A stretch of DNA of 64,000 bases from Leucoraja ocellata (GCA_036785375.1 JAWMAR010000040.1:806001-870000), one strand, 5' to 3'; positions 51,117 to 64,000 are shown, counted from the first letter of the stretch. Notes: a model not told the origin generated them from the sequence alone. Program-made: numbers and translations.

Positions 51117-53371
51117 ATCTCAATTGGATGGATTTACTTTCACTTCCTTACTGCTAAACCATATTTACCTTGTTTACTTACAGCCAATTAACAATCATCA
51201 TTTTTGGAGATGATCTCATGATTTATAAAACATATCATGTACCCCCAATCCCCTTGCAGTATTTCTTCTGAGGTCATGCAAATGTGACGATCAGGCAAAT
51301 GATCAAAATTTACCTATGACAATAGGTCAGCTAATAATAAATTTAAATTTAAGGAACCCACATTCAAAACTTACTGGCCAATTTGCATGAGATTTGTTTG
51401 CTGTTTACATGCTGGAACTTCAAGAATTGTCCTTAAATTTGCTGGACTGCAAAGAGGAGAAAATTGTTATTGTTATTTATCTCTTTCTACGTATCAAATA
51501 TTAAGTCAGGGATAGGATTGGATTTTTAAGTTCTGAATGACATCTAGACTAACGCTTAAAGAATTGCTATTTGAGTGAGTTGTGAGAGGTTGGCAAATCA
51601 TACTTCAATAAGAATAATCAATTGAAAGCTTAATTTTACTTGACCATGTAGAATGGTTGAGCAGGTTTTTCCATCAAATACTTTAACGTGCTGGAATATA
51701 AGTATTCTCATAAAATATTAGTTGACTATGGTCTCATGGCTATGTTGAAGAGCCAGCGTATTTCAGCAGGACCTTCATATATTTATGTATAAATCAATTT
51801 TATAACATCAGAGCTGACCACAGCACAGATTTTGAGCATTCTGGCATTCCATATTCCATTTGCAATTGCTCAGATGCAAATCCTTTTCATTTCTCCAGTT
51901 TCCTGCTTAATTAGAACTTCTTCACCATAGATTTTAGCTCCCTACTTTTTTTTGAAAATTTCATTCCACTTGGCATGTTGTTAGGTAAACTCTGATCAAC
52001 TGACATCATGTGCAAAGGATCAATGGTTGAGAAGCTCTGATCCACCATCACTACACAGTCAAACACAGTGGTTTCATGTCAACAAAATGGAAGCAGTGGT
52101 AAGGGAACAATAATAAAGGTTCCTGGACTATCTGGCAGTTCGATAGTTAATGAACCACATGATCAGCAAAATGAAATGCAAAGAACTGCAGAGGTTACTC
52201 AGCAAGTCAGCTTTTATGGGGTTTTTTTTTTAGTTTCTGACAAAGGGCATCAGACTTTAAATGTTTAAGATGTTCTCTTTCCTCAGATGCTTGGGGAATC
52301 TCAAATAGTCGAGGGATTAGCTTTAAGATGAGAGAGGGAAAGTTTTTAAAGGGGATGTGTGAGGTAAGTTTTTACACAGTTAGTGGTAGGTGCAGGGGTG
52401 GTGGTGGAAGCAGATATGATAGTGACATCTAAGAGGCTTTTAGATCGACATATGAATATGCAGAGAATGAAGGGGTGTAGATTTTTTTTAGTTTAATTTA
52501 TTGCCACATGTACCGAGGTACAGTGAAAAGCTTTTGTTGTGTACTAACCAGACAACGGAGGGGCGTAAATATTGGGCAGAAGGGATTAGTTCAATTTGGC
52601 ATCCTGTTCGGCACAGACATGTTTGGAGGACCTGTTATTGTGCAGTACTGTTCTATGTCTGACATGGTGCGAACACTCGCTGTGTTTATTTTTGGATCCA
52701 GATGTTATAGCTTCCAACCCTGATCCATCCTACGATAGTGCATTTGTTCTCATGGGTGTGAACATGCATTCACACGGAGGAAAATAAATGAGTCGTGATT
52801 GCTATCAAGCGACTCCAGTTGGAAAATGCACTATATGGTGATTAGGTGAGAGCAGAGCAAACCTCCACTCTAACATTTAATTTGAGCTTAAAATGTAAAG
52901 GAACGTTTTGTGAAATCAGCATGTTAAAATTCCATGTTGGTTGTGTACTGGATAATAATCCAGAGATCGGGTTTAACAATCCAAAAACATCAATTAAAAA
53001 TCCCTTTGATGTATACAGTTAAATACTTGAATTATATTGGAATAAAAATTCTGTCGTCAATGTTAGTGATTTTGCAAACCACTGAATTATTATAGCAGAT
53101 CTTTTTGTTCATGTGTCCTCAAGAGAAGGAAATCTGCCACACTTTATGACCAAAGATCCACACCAATGCATAGTAACTGATATTGCCCCAAATGTGAAAT
53201 GACCTGGTAAACCATTGTTCAGGAGCAATTAACATTTATGGATGGATAATAAATACCGACGGTGTTTCCTATGAGGTATCAAATAGCTTGTACCATCTGG
53301 CAAAGAATTGGCAAAGGAGGAAAACTGATATTTTTCTAATGCGTTTTTTATTTATTTTCTTCCCCTTTTAG

Positions 53372-53390
53372 AGCATCATCACTTCTGAAT
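53372..53390 (+). CDS. PTPRJ: 19-nt coding micro-exon 2 (SIITSE + 1 nt), PTPRJ-like
   Basis: Branch-point-like TTCTAAT (53334-53340), long pyrimidine tract, acceptor TTTTAG and consensus donor GTAAGT. Phase 0 in, phase 1 out, which exactly bridges exon 1 and the FN3 exon. Confidence 0.75.
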
Positions 53391-56300
53391 GTAAGTATTT
53401 TTTTATTATATTAGTAATATTATTTATACCTTTTAGTCTATTGATTCCCATACGTATGCAGCAATATTTGAGTGGTGGTGGGGGGGGGGGGGGGGGGGGA
53501 GAAGAGCTCAAACTGATAAACGGTCAAAACACATTGACAGAGGATTCTCTTTTCATTGGAAAAGAAATGCTCTTCATTTCCCTAATATTTCTGCATCTAC
53601 CATTGGTTCACTGTTCCCTTGACTAACTAAGCATCTTTATTTCCATTAAAATCAAGGACCTATAGCCCCAGTAACTTTCCCTGGCAACGTCCTCCTCTCC
53701 ACTATCTCCAGAATCACAGAAAGCAGATATGCCAGACAGCTGGTGCACTCTTTCCCAGAAAACCCCACAGAATCCTGAGGTCATTGACCAAAATCTCCTT
53801 AGTTGGCCAGGATTGCCCTAGAACACAGTTAGCCCAAGATTTCTTCGTTGTTCTTGCTGTAGGTCATCTTGAACCTATTTTGTCTTTTTCAAAATCTTGA
53901 GAAACTCATGCGTATTCTGTCACTAAAGTTAGGACCAACCTTTATCTGTGTCTTCCCCTCGATATTTTGTTCAAACATTTGTGATTCCTTCCAATTCACG
54001 CTCAGACTATTTAACTTCCTCTAATCTCTCCCTCTCCTTCTCTGCTGATCTTGTTCATGAGACACAACTTCTGCTCATTTAACCAATGTTCCTGTATACT
54101 GCTAACTTTCCTTTCTGATTCATGTGTTGGCTAATGTTCCCCAAGTTTGTTCTCACCTTTAATATTGTCTGCCTCTTCAAACTCTTGTAATCAAATGCCT
54201 CCTCATAAATCAACCCATGGCCCATTCACCCTGCAAACTGCTGCATTGCCTCCATCCTCCTCTGTTTTCTTATCTGTAAACATGTAACACCCCAAATTAA
54301 TTTTGATATTTTTTTGGTACTCTTTGTTTTAATCAGTCCAGTTGTGCTTCTGCCTTGTCACACAGCAAGGAAGCTTATTTGCAAAGTCCGTGATGACATT
54401 CTTAATGATTATGACAGTCATTTCTTATCCTCCTTCTGAAGAAAAAAGAAACTGCGAATGCTGGAATTGTGAGTGTAAAACAAATGGCTGGAGGAAGTCA
54501 GTGGTTCAGGAGCATCTGTGGAGGGAAGTGGGCAGATGATGTTTTGGGTCTTAATCCACTGAATTCCTCTAGCAATTTATTTTTTAACTCATCCTCCTTG
54601 TCATGGTGTGTAAAGGCAAGATATTCCTTATACGTGTTTGTAATGTTATTAATTTTCATTATGTTTTAACATGTTTCAATCAATGTTCTTAACATTTTAT
54701 TGTTTTTAATTATTGACAGCATTTTAATAGTCTGTAAGCGTCTGAGTATTAGAGACATGTTTATAAACAATGAAAATGCCTCATTGAAAGTAGGTGAGGG
54801 TCTTGTATCAGGGTTTTTTTGAGGCATGACCTTGGTAGTTCATTTGCAAGCTGCTGCTGAGGCTTCATGATGCTCCACAGAAAATAAAGACTTTCTGGGA
54901 GCACTCAGAGCCCACATGCCATGGTGCACCGATGAGCTGGGAGACGCCTTCCTGTAGAAGATTGTGCCCAGGACCTTGCCTGTTTGCATTATTTCTACGA
55001 TGCTATAGAAATGCAAGAAGTTTTTTTTAGTATTGTTTTTGTTGTTAAAATAACTCAGCCGCATTTAGAATAGATGTGAAGAAGGGTCCCGGCTTGAATC
55101 GTTGATCTATTCCCTCCCTTCCACAGATGCTGCCTGACCTGCTGAGTTCCTCCAGTAATTTGTTTTTTTGTTGGCTCAAGATTACCGCATCTGCAGTTTC
55201 TTGTGTCTATATGATAGGTATTCTTCAGACAAACTTCTCCTTGCAATCTCCCTTGTTTTTTGGTGACGATATCAGAATTTGACACTTTTTAACTGGTGCT
55301 GGAAACAGCTTTGTGTTATGATATGTTCACAGCAACATAACCCGGGAATGGAACACTAGCACCACCTTGTGATCTCAAACAGAAATACTACTTCCAGCAC
55401 AGAACCTCTCATCCACTCAGTCTCCCAACAAATGATCTGAAAATCTTCAATGACATAATGCCTGTTAAAGCATATTAAACCTCTAATCATAAGTCTTAAA
55501 TCCATGTAATATTCAATCCCATCACAATGTTGTTTTTTTTAAAGTGGTAAATTTGCAGTTCTGTTGAAGCTTATGTCATCAATTGGAGTTAATAGATGTA
55601 ACTAACACAAAGCAAGTGCATTATTTTTTATATGGCTGTTCACTTTCAAATGCACAGAACTCGTGGGGCATTAGCATTGAATTAAACAGCAGCTAAATGT
55701 TGAGAGTCCTGAGCTCATCAGACATCACCAAGGCCTAAAATCCATTGATTTTAATTAAGAGTTCTATGTGATCCCTAAAGTTCACCATGCCAACAGATAT
55801 TTTTTCTTATTCTGGTGTAATCAAAATTATGACTACGTTTAAAAAAAAAATAGGACTATTGATCAATCTTTGTTAGTGTACTCACTAAAATGAAAAGAAA
55901 GCAAATAGTTTTATTGTGGCTTTGAAGTGCTGCGTGTTGTTAGGAGGGCATGGCTGCTGCAATACAGTCACCATCAACATCCTTGGGATCACCATTGAAC
56001 AGAAACATGATGGAAAGGTTATATTCATATTTTGATTATGCCAATAACTCAGAGGCTAGGTATCCCTTTGCTAAGAAATCCTGATGCCCAAGGCCTTTTC
56101 ACCAAGTGCACGTCAAGAGAATTGTAGAAGAGTCAGCATGTGGCTAGTGGTTTCAATAACTCAAGCTCAACACCTTCCAAGACAAATTAGAGTAAAACAA
56201 TAATCCACTACCTTTGGGACTTTGGTAGTGCAAGACTTGCAGACTTTCTTTTGGATGCTACTCCTATTAAAAGCTGAACACACATTTATTTCACTCTTTT

Positions 56301-57196
56301 GAAGTATGATAAATTTCCCCCCCAACCCGGTGAGATTAAATGAAGTACAAAATATGCAAGCACTCTGGATCCTGCCTCTGACCAAAATCTACTCCTGATC
56401 GTGAGTCTGACACACACTTGCCTTGCATTCTGGACCACGGGCCCAGATTATGGGCTAATGTGCCGGATGCTCGGAGTTTACTAGAGACAATTTGACTCTC
56501 TTCTGGTGAGTTTCAAATAACTGGAGACTCTGGACTTTGTGGATTGCTTCCCATATTACAGAAGCGAGCAAGCGCAGCCATTGAAGACACAATACACCAT
56601 CTCATCCAATATGCCAACACAGATTTATGGTGAAAAAGAATTTAAACCAATATCTCATACTCAATACCAAGCATCTTGAAAGGCATGATGTACTTCAAGC
56701 CTTTCTCATCAGGCATGTGGATGCATCATTTCTCATCTACTTATTTATGTTCTGCTTTCTTTTCTCCTGCACCATCACCCCTTTATTGTTATTTGATCTC
56801 TTACTTTCCACCCCTATGATTGACCTATTTAATCCCCCTCCTCTTAATCCTCCTGCCTGCTCCTCTCCCATGAATATTAGAATAAAAGCAGCAAATGCAA
56901 CTTTGCTGAAATACTGTACTCCAAATAAGCAGGTATCTTTTGTCATTTGTCACCAAGGTGTTGTGTGGACATGCAAGGGCTGTTGATCCTGAGCCACCAG
57001 CAATAAGTTGGAGATCAAGTTCCCATTTCATTCAACCCCTGTCTTGAGTGGGAATAGTTTATTTCAAAAGAATTGGAGGGAAGCCAAAATTAAAATGAGA
57101 GAGAAAGAGAGCGTCTGAGAAAAGATAAGCAACCTGCATAAATGAGAATCCGAAAGTGTTCCATGAATAAATAGCAAAAGGACAGTGCATGGATTT

Positions 57197-59908
57197 CAAG
57201 AGTTCAAGAGAGTTTTATTGTCATGTGTCCCTGATAGGACAATGACATTTTTGCTTTGCTTTAGCACACCAGAACATAGTAGGCACTAATACTGAACAGA
57301 TCAGTGTGTCCATATACCATTGCATAAATATATACATACATGAATAATTAAACTGATAAAGTGCAAATAAACAGATTATTGGCTATTAATGTTCAGAGTT
57401 TTGTCCGAGCTGACTTTAATAGCCTGATGGCTGTGGGGAAGAAGCTGGTTCCTGAACCTGGTCGTTGCAATCTTCAGGCTCCTGTACCTTCTACCTAAAG
57501 ATAGTGGGGAGATGAGTGTGTAGCCAGGATGGTGTGGGTCCTTGATGATGCTGCCAGCCTTTTTGAGGCAGCGACTGTGATAGATCCCCTCGCTGGATGG
57601 GAGGTCGGACCCAATGATGGACTGGGCAGTGTTTACTACTTTTTGTAGTCTTTTCCGCTCCAGGACGCTCATGTTTCCGAACCAAGCCACGATGCAATCT
57701 GTCAGCATACTCTCTACTGTGCACCTGTAGAGGTTAGAGAGAGTCCTCCTTGAAATACCGACTCTCCGTAATCTTCTCAAGAAATAGAGGCGCTGATGTG
57801 CTTTCTTTATGATTGCATCACTGTTCTCGGACCAGGAAAGATCTTCAGAGATATGCACGCCCAGGAATTTAAAGCTCTTGATCCTTTCCCCCATCGACCC
57901 ATTGATATAAACGGGACTGTGGGCCCCCATCCTCTCCCTTCCAAAGTCCACAATCAGTTCCTTGGTATTGCTGGTGTTGAGGGCCAGGTTATGTGCTGGC
58001 ACCATTTGGTCGGTCGATCTCGCTTCTGTACTCTGACTCGTCCCCATCAGTTATATGTCCCACAATGGTGGTATCGTCAGCGAACTTGATGATGGAGTTT
58101 GCACTATGACCGGCTACGCAGTCATGAGTATAGAGTGAGTACAGCAGGGGGCTAAGCACGCAGCCTAGAGGTGCTCCCGTACTGATTGTTATCGAGGCGG
58201 ACACATTTCCACCAATACGTACTGACTGTGGTCTGTGAATGAGGAAGTCGAGGATCCAATTTCAGAGAGAGTTTGTTAACCAGAGGGGATGATTGTATTA
58301 AATGCCGAGCTGTAATCAATGAATAACTGCCTGACATATGAGTTTTTGTTGTCCAAGTGGTCCAGAGCGGAGTGGAGAGCCAGCGAGATCGCATCCACTG
58401 TTGATCTGTTGTGGCGGTAAGCGAACTGCAGAGGGTCCAGGTTTTTGTCGAGGTAGGAGTTGATTTGCGCCATGATCAACCTCTCAAAGCACTTCATCAC
58501 CACAGACGTTAGTGCCACTGGTCGATAGTCATTGAGGCACGTCACCTTGCTCTTCTTGGGCACCAGTATAATTGATGCCCTTATAAAGCAGATGGGAACC
58601 TCAGAAGTGAGAGGTTGAAAATGTCCGTAAAAACTCCAGCCAGTTGGTCTGCACAGGTTTTTAAAACACGCCCGGGTATGCCATCAGGTCCAGGCGCTTT
58701 TCGAGGGTTCACCCCTCTGAAGGATTTTCTGACGTCGGCCTCTGTGACTGTGACTGAAATACCATCACAGCAATGGGAGCTTGAGAAGTCACATCAGTGT
58801 TCTCCCTGTGCGTAAAACGCATTGAGCTCGTCAGGGAGTGATGGTTCGCCGATATTCGAGCTGCCTCCTGATCTCGCCTTGTAGGAGGTGATTGCATTCA
58901 AGCCCTGCCACAGCTGACGAACATCTGTCTCATCCTCCAGTTTGGAGCAGAAGGCCCTTTTGGCCTTTTTGATGGCCTTACCAAGGTCGTATCTGGACTT
59001 CTTGTAGACCTCTGTATCATCAGACATGAATGCCTGGTGTCTGGTCTTCAGAAGAGTGCGGATCTCAAAGTTCATCCAAAGCTTCTGATTGGGAAACACT
59101 TGGAAGGTTTTTGTAGGGATGCAGTCTTCCACACATTTCTTTATGAAGTCTGTAATAAACTGTGACGTATTTGTTCAGGTTTGTTGCCGACTCCCTGAAC
59201 ATTGCCCAGTCTACAGACTCCAAACAGTCCTGCAGTTGTTCCTCTGCCCCCTCTGCCCCCTCCTCCCCCCCCCCCCCCTCCCCCCCCCCCCCCCACCGAC
59301 CAGCTCTGTGCAGTCCTCACCTTGGGGGGGGGTGCGCTCTTCAATTGCTGCCTGTAGGCAGGAAGAATCAGCCTACAGTATGGTCGGTATTTACCAAAGT
59401 GAGGGCGAGTGATAGAGGATAAGAAGGAACTGCAGATGCTGGAAAGTCAAAGGTAGACAAAAGTGCTGGAGAAACTCAGCGGGTGATTGTGGTGTAGCAG
59501 TGATCGAGGGTGTTGGTCCTCTGGTGCAGCAGGAGACATGTTGGTGGAAGTTTGGGAATGATTTCTTCAGGTTCGCTTTATTGAAGTCCCCAGCTATGGT
59601 GGTGAACGCCTCGGGGTAAGACGTTTGGTGCTTGTTGACCAAGGCGTGCAACTCCTCCAGTGCCAGACGGACGTCTGCCTGGGGTGGGATGTAGACCGCG
59701 GTCAGGATGATGGAGGTGAATTCCCTTGGGAGGTAGAAGGGGCGGCACTTCACCGCCAGATGTTCGCGGTGTGGAGAGCAGGAGTTGGACAGAACTGTCA
59801 TGTCTGAGCACCACGCAGAGTTGACCATGAGGCAGACGCCCACTCCTCTCCCGTTCCCTGATGCCAGTGTGCGATCCATACGGTGGATGGAGAACCCTTC
59901 AGGCTGGA
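57197..59908 (-). mobile_element. Rex1/Babar-like LINE, endonuclease through 3' end, frameshifted
   Basis: APE motifs (GVCLMVN, TAVYIPP, IAGDFN) and RT motifs ([25 protein letters not shown]). Tail (CTCTTGAA)n. Confidence 0.92.
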
Positions 59909-59989
59909 TCCATTTAGCACAAAAATGGGAGCTTGCACATTAATGCTAAAGGGCAGTGTTATGGTAGTAAATGCATACAAAGCACTTAT

Positions 59990-60625
59990 CTTCACAAGGG
60001 AGGAGAGTGCTTCCAAATTAATAGTGAATGAGGAGCCGTCTGAGACACTGGATACATTAAGAATTGATAGCAAGTCATCATGAATTATGGACTGCACATA
60101 AGGATTTTGAGGAAAGTACAAGAGGAAATTGCAGAGACACTAACCTTGATCATTCAATGCTCTTTGGATATGAGGCAAGTGCCAGAACACTGGAGAGTGG
60201 CAAATGTTAATCCCCATTGTTGGGAAAAGGGAGTAAGGTTAACTTTAGCAAATACAGACAAATCATTTTAACTTTGATGGTGGCAAAACTTTGGGAAACA
60301 TTAGGAAAAGAGTAACAATCACCTGGAGGAACATGGATTAATGAAGTCAAGCCAGCATGGATTTGTTCCTGGTAAAACATCTTGATAGAATTTATCGATG
60401 AGTGTATTGCAGATGATATGTGGGCTTTTGATAAAGTGCTCCATAATATGTGTATCTACAAAGTAGAAACACGTGACATAATAAAAGGACACTATGAATA
60501 TTAAATTGACTAATGAGGAGACAGCAGAGGGCAGTGTTCTTTGGGCCATTGTTTTTCTTTCATCCATATTAAGGACCAGGAATGCAGACCCAAACTTTTA
60601 AATTTGCAGATGATACAAAATATGG
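59990..60625 (+). mobile_element. Old CR1 RT fragment
   Basis: RILRKVQEEIAETL..VPEHWRVANV, SQHGF, KFADDTK. Confidence 0.7.
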
Positions 60626-61065
60626 TGGTATCAAGGAATCTAAGTGGGTGCGGTATCTGAGGATATGTGGAAATCATTTAAAGTGGCAGGTTGAGAATAC
60701 GGCTAATACGACATCAGCAAATTTGCTCTGCCACTTTCAATTATTTCCCACTGTTCCGACACCCTTTTGGAATAATATCTATGATTCGGTATTGCCTCTT
60801 CTCATTCTCCCCACCAAAATATATCAACTCACATTTCTCACATCAAACTTGTATCATGACCGCGTAGTAGCCTTCACGCTACACTGACATACTGGCAATC
60901 TTTCATCTTCCTGCAAAACTGATGCAGGGTCTGGACCTCAAACACCAACTTACATCTTTTGCTTCCATGAATACTGCATGACCCATGAGTTCTTAAAGAA
61001 GTCTGTGGAGTAGTTTCCTACTTTATTTCTCAGCTATGTCAGTGGGAATGCCTCCATGAGGGAGA

Positions 61066-61941
61066 TTGGTTGGTTGGCGGCGCGACTCACCAGTTGCAGT
61101 TGCAGCGGCCCCTGCAGCCTGTCTCTGTCTTTTTTTATTTTTTGTCTAGTTAAATGTAGTGTTGGTGTTTTTTAATACTAGTTTTAAATGTGTATATGTG
61201 GGGGGGTGGGGGGGCGGGGGGAACCGTTAAAAAATCTCTTCCCTGTTCGGGAGACCCGACCTTTTCCCTGTCGGTCTCCGTTGTCGTTGGGGCCTAGCAC
61301 CGTGGAGCGGCCTCCAACCTGAACGACCCGGGGGCTCGGGAGACTGCGGAGCTGCGGAGCTGCGGACTACTCACCATCGTGGGGCTGGCCGGCCTCGGAG
61401 CGTGGGGAGCGGTGGTGACTCGCTGCTGCAACTCGACTCCTGGGGCTCGGAGGCTCCAGCAACGCAGCCACAGGTCCGGTGAACTGGGACATCGGGAGCT
61501 CGCGGGTCCGGGGGAAGAGAGAGACCGCTTCCCGGAGCTCCCGCAACGCGACTTCTCCAGCCCGTGTCGCGGGGTTGGAACGACCCGGAGCGGGGTCGAA
61601 CATCGCCCAGCGCGGCTTCATGGCCGTGGGACATTCCAGCGCCTGCCGGGGGCTCCAACTTTGTGACATTTAGACCGGGAGCGGGGCCGTAAATCGCCCG
61701 GCACGGCCTAAAATGGCCGTGGGACTTATCATCGCCCACCTGGGGCTTGGATATCGGGAGAGACATGGAGAACAGGGGAGAGAAAAGACTTTGCCTTCCA
61801 TCATGGATGGATGTTTGTGTGAATTAAATTGTGTGTATGTCTAGGAAATTGTCTTTGTTTGTATGGCTGTGGAAACAGAATTTCGTTTGAGCCTCACTGG
61901 GGCTCAAATGACAATAAAATTGTATTGTATTGTATTGTATT
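61066..61941 (+). mobile_element. GC-rich non-autonomous retroposon, copy E
   Basis: Same modules. Tail TTTGAGCCTC..GGGGCTCAAA, TGACAATAAA, (TTGTA)n. Confidence 0.7.
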
Positions 61942-62596
61942 AAACCATATCAAGGCAAAGTCATTTGGGTACGTAAAAATATAAGATTTTTTGGTAAAAG
62001 ATTTGGTAAAAACTTTTTTTTATGTATGAGAAATACAGTTGACCGCATTGTGTTGAGTGTAGGCTATTTATGGAATGTCATGAAATTCCAACACTTATAA
62101 TAGTTGGTCAATTGATTTATAGGTTAGGAAATATGTTGGAGCTGTTGCAGTAGCACTCACTACAATGCTTGGCTAATATTTTGATGGTTTTGTCATCTTG
62201 TGAACTCATTGAGTTGTTGAGCATCACCATTTTTGAAGGGAATGTCGCAAGGGAATGTGCTCATTGCTCAGTTTTTCTGGTACATGGGATTTTGAGGTAA
62301 AACTTTGAGTGATGGAAGCAGTTGATCAACGTATTGAATTGTCAATCAGTCACATGAAGTTGCTGATCTACATACACTCTATTGCATGAGATGTTAACTA
62401 TAATCAGCCGAGCATGACTTCTGGTTTAAAAGACGGAATTGTCTGTTTTGCCAATCATGTTTGTCTGAAATTTATGTGTTAGTAAGGTGAACAATGGGAT
62501 GAGGACATTTAGCAGAATAAAATGGGCTTGAAGCATTCACTTGCATGTTATGCTTTCAGTTAATGTGTAAAATATCCACTATGTTGTTTCACACAG

Positions 62597-62863
62597 GTGT
62601 TCCCAAGCCTGGAGAAATAGTGGTGTTGGACGTTACCAACAATTCCATCTCTCTGGAGTGGGGTCAGCCTTCAAATGTGACTGGCACTCAATACAAATTC
62701 AACATTACTTACAATTCTTCTGCCGAAGTAATGACCATAACAACAACAACAAACTCCGCTGTGTTAAACAGCTTAACGTCTGGAACCAATTACAATGTCA
62801 AGGTGGTGACGATCGATGTTAATAATACAGCAAGCGATCCTGTAGTTAAAAATATTGTTACAG
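62597..62863 (+). CDS. PTPRJ: Fibronectin type III domain exon (267 nt, phase 1-1), PTPRJ-like ectodomain
   Basis: Acceptor TTTCACACAG and donor ACAG|GTAAGC. Translation VPKPGEIVVLDVTNNSISLEWGQP...YKFNITY...LNSLTSGTNYNVKVVT...SDPVVKNIVT has FN3 hallmarks (W, Y, LxxGTxY) and five N-glycosylation sequons. The FN3 call is firm; the gene name is inferred. Confidence 0.85.
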
Positions 62864-63009
62864 GTAAGCAAACAGGTTGGTTTGAGTTTTCATTGAGCTG
62901 AAGATGTAATTTGCAACTAAGGCTGCAAAAGTTGGCAGAGGGAAAATAATATCTAACTTTTAATGCAAGCTCATTGGCATGAGCCTGAATGCATGATCTC
63001 CCTGGTTTA

Positions 63010-63560
63010 TGTGGTCAGTATGGTGAAGAGGCCATTTGGTATACTTGTTTCATTGAGAAAAGGTAGTGACTACAAAAGTCAGGACATCATGTTAGTCATT
63101 GGTGAGACCACACAGAGTACTGTGTGCAGTTCTTGTCACCAAGCCATAGGAAGGGAGTCATTAAGTTAGAAAGGTTGCAGAAGAGATTTGCCAGCATGCC
63201 ACTGGGACTTGTGGGCTTGAGTTACAGGGAGAGGCTTGGTAGGCATGAACTGTGGAGCGTAGGATACTGTGGGGTGACCTAACAAGTCTACAAAATCATG
63301 AGGGTCATAGATAAAATTAATGCTCACCAAATTTTTCCCAGGGTAGAGGATTCGAAAACTGGAGGGCATAGGTTAGAGGAGAGAGATGTAAGAGGCACCT
63401 CGGGCATTGGTTTCACTCTGAGGGTAGTCTGGATCTTGTATGAGCTGTCACAGGAAGCTATGGAAGTGGGTGCAATTGCAACTTTCAAAAGACATTTGGC
63501 AGGTGTATGGATAAGAACAGTTTAGAGGGATATGGGCCAAAATGTAGGCAAATGAGGCCT
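63010..63560 (+). mobile_element. Degraded CR1 3' region
   Basis: LVRPH relic, KTGGHRL and ATFKRHL. Confidence 0.7.
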
Positions 63561-64000
63561 TTGTGAGGATAGATGAGTTATGTTTCATGCAGAAGAGCTC
63601 TTTGACTCCCATTGCATCGGTACATTCAAGCAGGGAATTGTTGTGGTGAAATTTGTGTCTGGATTTATGTAAATGTGAATTCAAAGTGCCGGTCGGATAA
63701 TAAAAAAGGCATAAAAGGGAAACAAATACTTCCCATATTAAATAGAGGCTCCAAGAGGAGTATCTTGTTGCTTTCTATTTAAATTGATGTCTTCTGCAAA
63801 AATAGACACACCTTCAGTCGATTGCTGTTCATGGGTGTTTATGCACCCCAGAGTCTGGGCATTATATGATGAGATCCCCCTTATGCCAAGCAGTGGAACC
63901 TGGGTTATTTCCAGTTTATCAGCTGTAACAGTTTTCAGTATTGATAAGGTGATTTCAGTATAAAGTTATGGGGACAAAATGTACATACTATTTACATTTA

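Noticed and set aside
53479-53499. Poly-G tract near the micro-exon as a splicing enhancer
   Set aside because: Similar poly-G/C tracts occur throughout the window (about 2314, 14946, 26899, 36545, 59265), so there is no specific support.
62545-62901. 118-aa ORF as a stand-alone gene
   Set aside because: Only 62597-62863 lies between splice sites; the flanks are intronic read-through.

Overview
Repeat-rich vertebrate genomic DNA, not prokaryotic. The HE1-like tRNA-SINEs, HER1/CR1 LINEs and a DeuSINE point to a cartilaginous fish, probably a skate or ray (inference). Four N gaps lie at 12956-13194, 22361-22560, 25610-25753 and 43731-43893. Most listed ORFs are transposon debris or noise. One host gene runs on the + strand: a CpG-rich promoter with a signal-peptide exon (18187-18243), a 19-nt micro-exon about 35 kb downstream (53372-53390), and an N-glycosylated FN3 exon (62597-62863). 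These splice in frame and best match the R3 receptor tyrosine phosphatase PTPRJ. Main findings: (1) a P4-less HDV-like ribozyme with a CPEB3-type core at the 5' end of a ~170-bp retroposon (29257-29309, minus strand); (2) a frameshifted ZFP36/tristetraprolin-family pseudogene in intron 1, inside a CpG-rich block with promoter-like motifs at both ends; (3) five copies of a GC-rich non-autonomous retroposon with a covarying hairpin and different LINE-type 3' tails; (4) many Penelope-derived minimal hammerhead motifs; (5) a uORF cluster over the host start codon. Repeat boundaries are approximate and no database searches were run.
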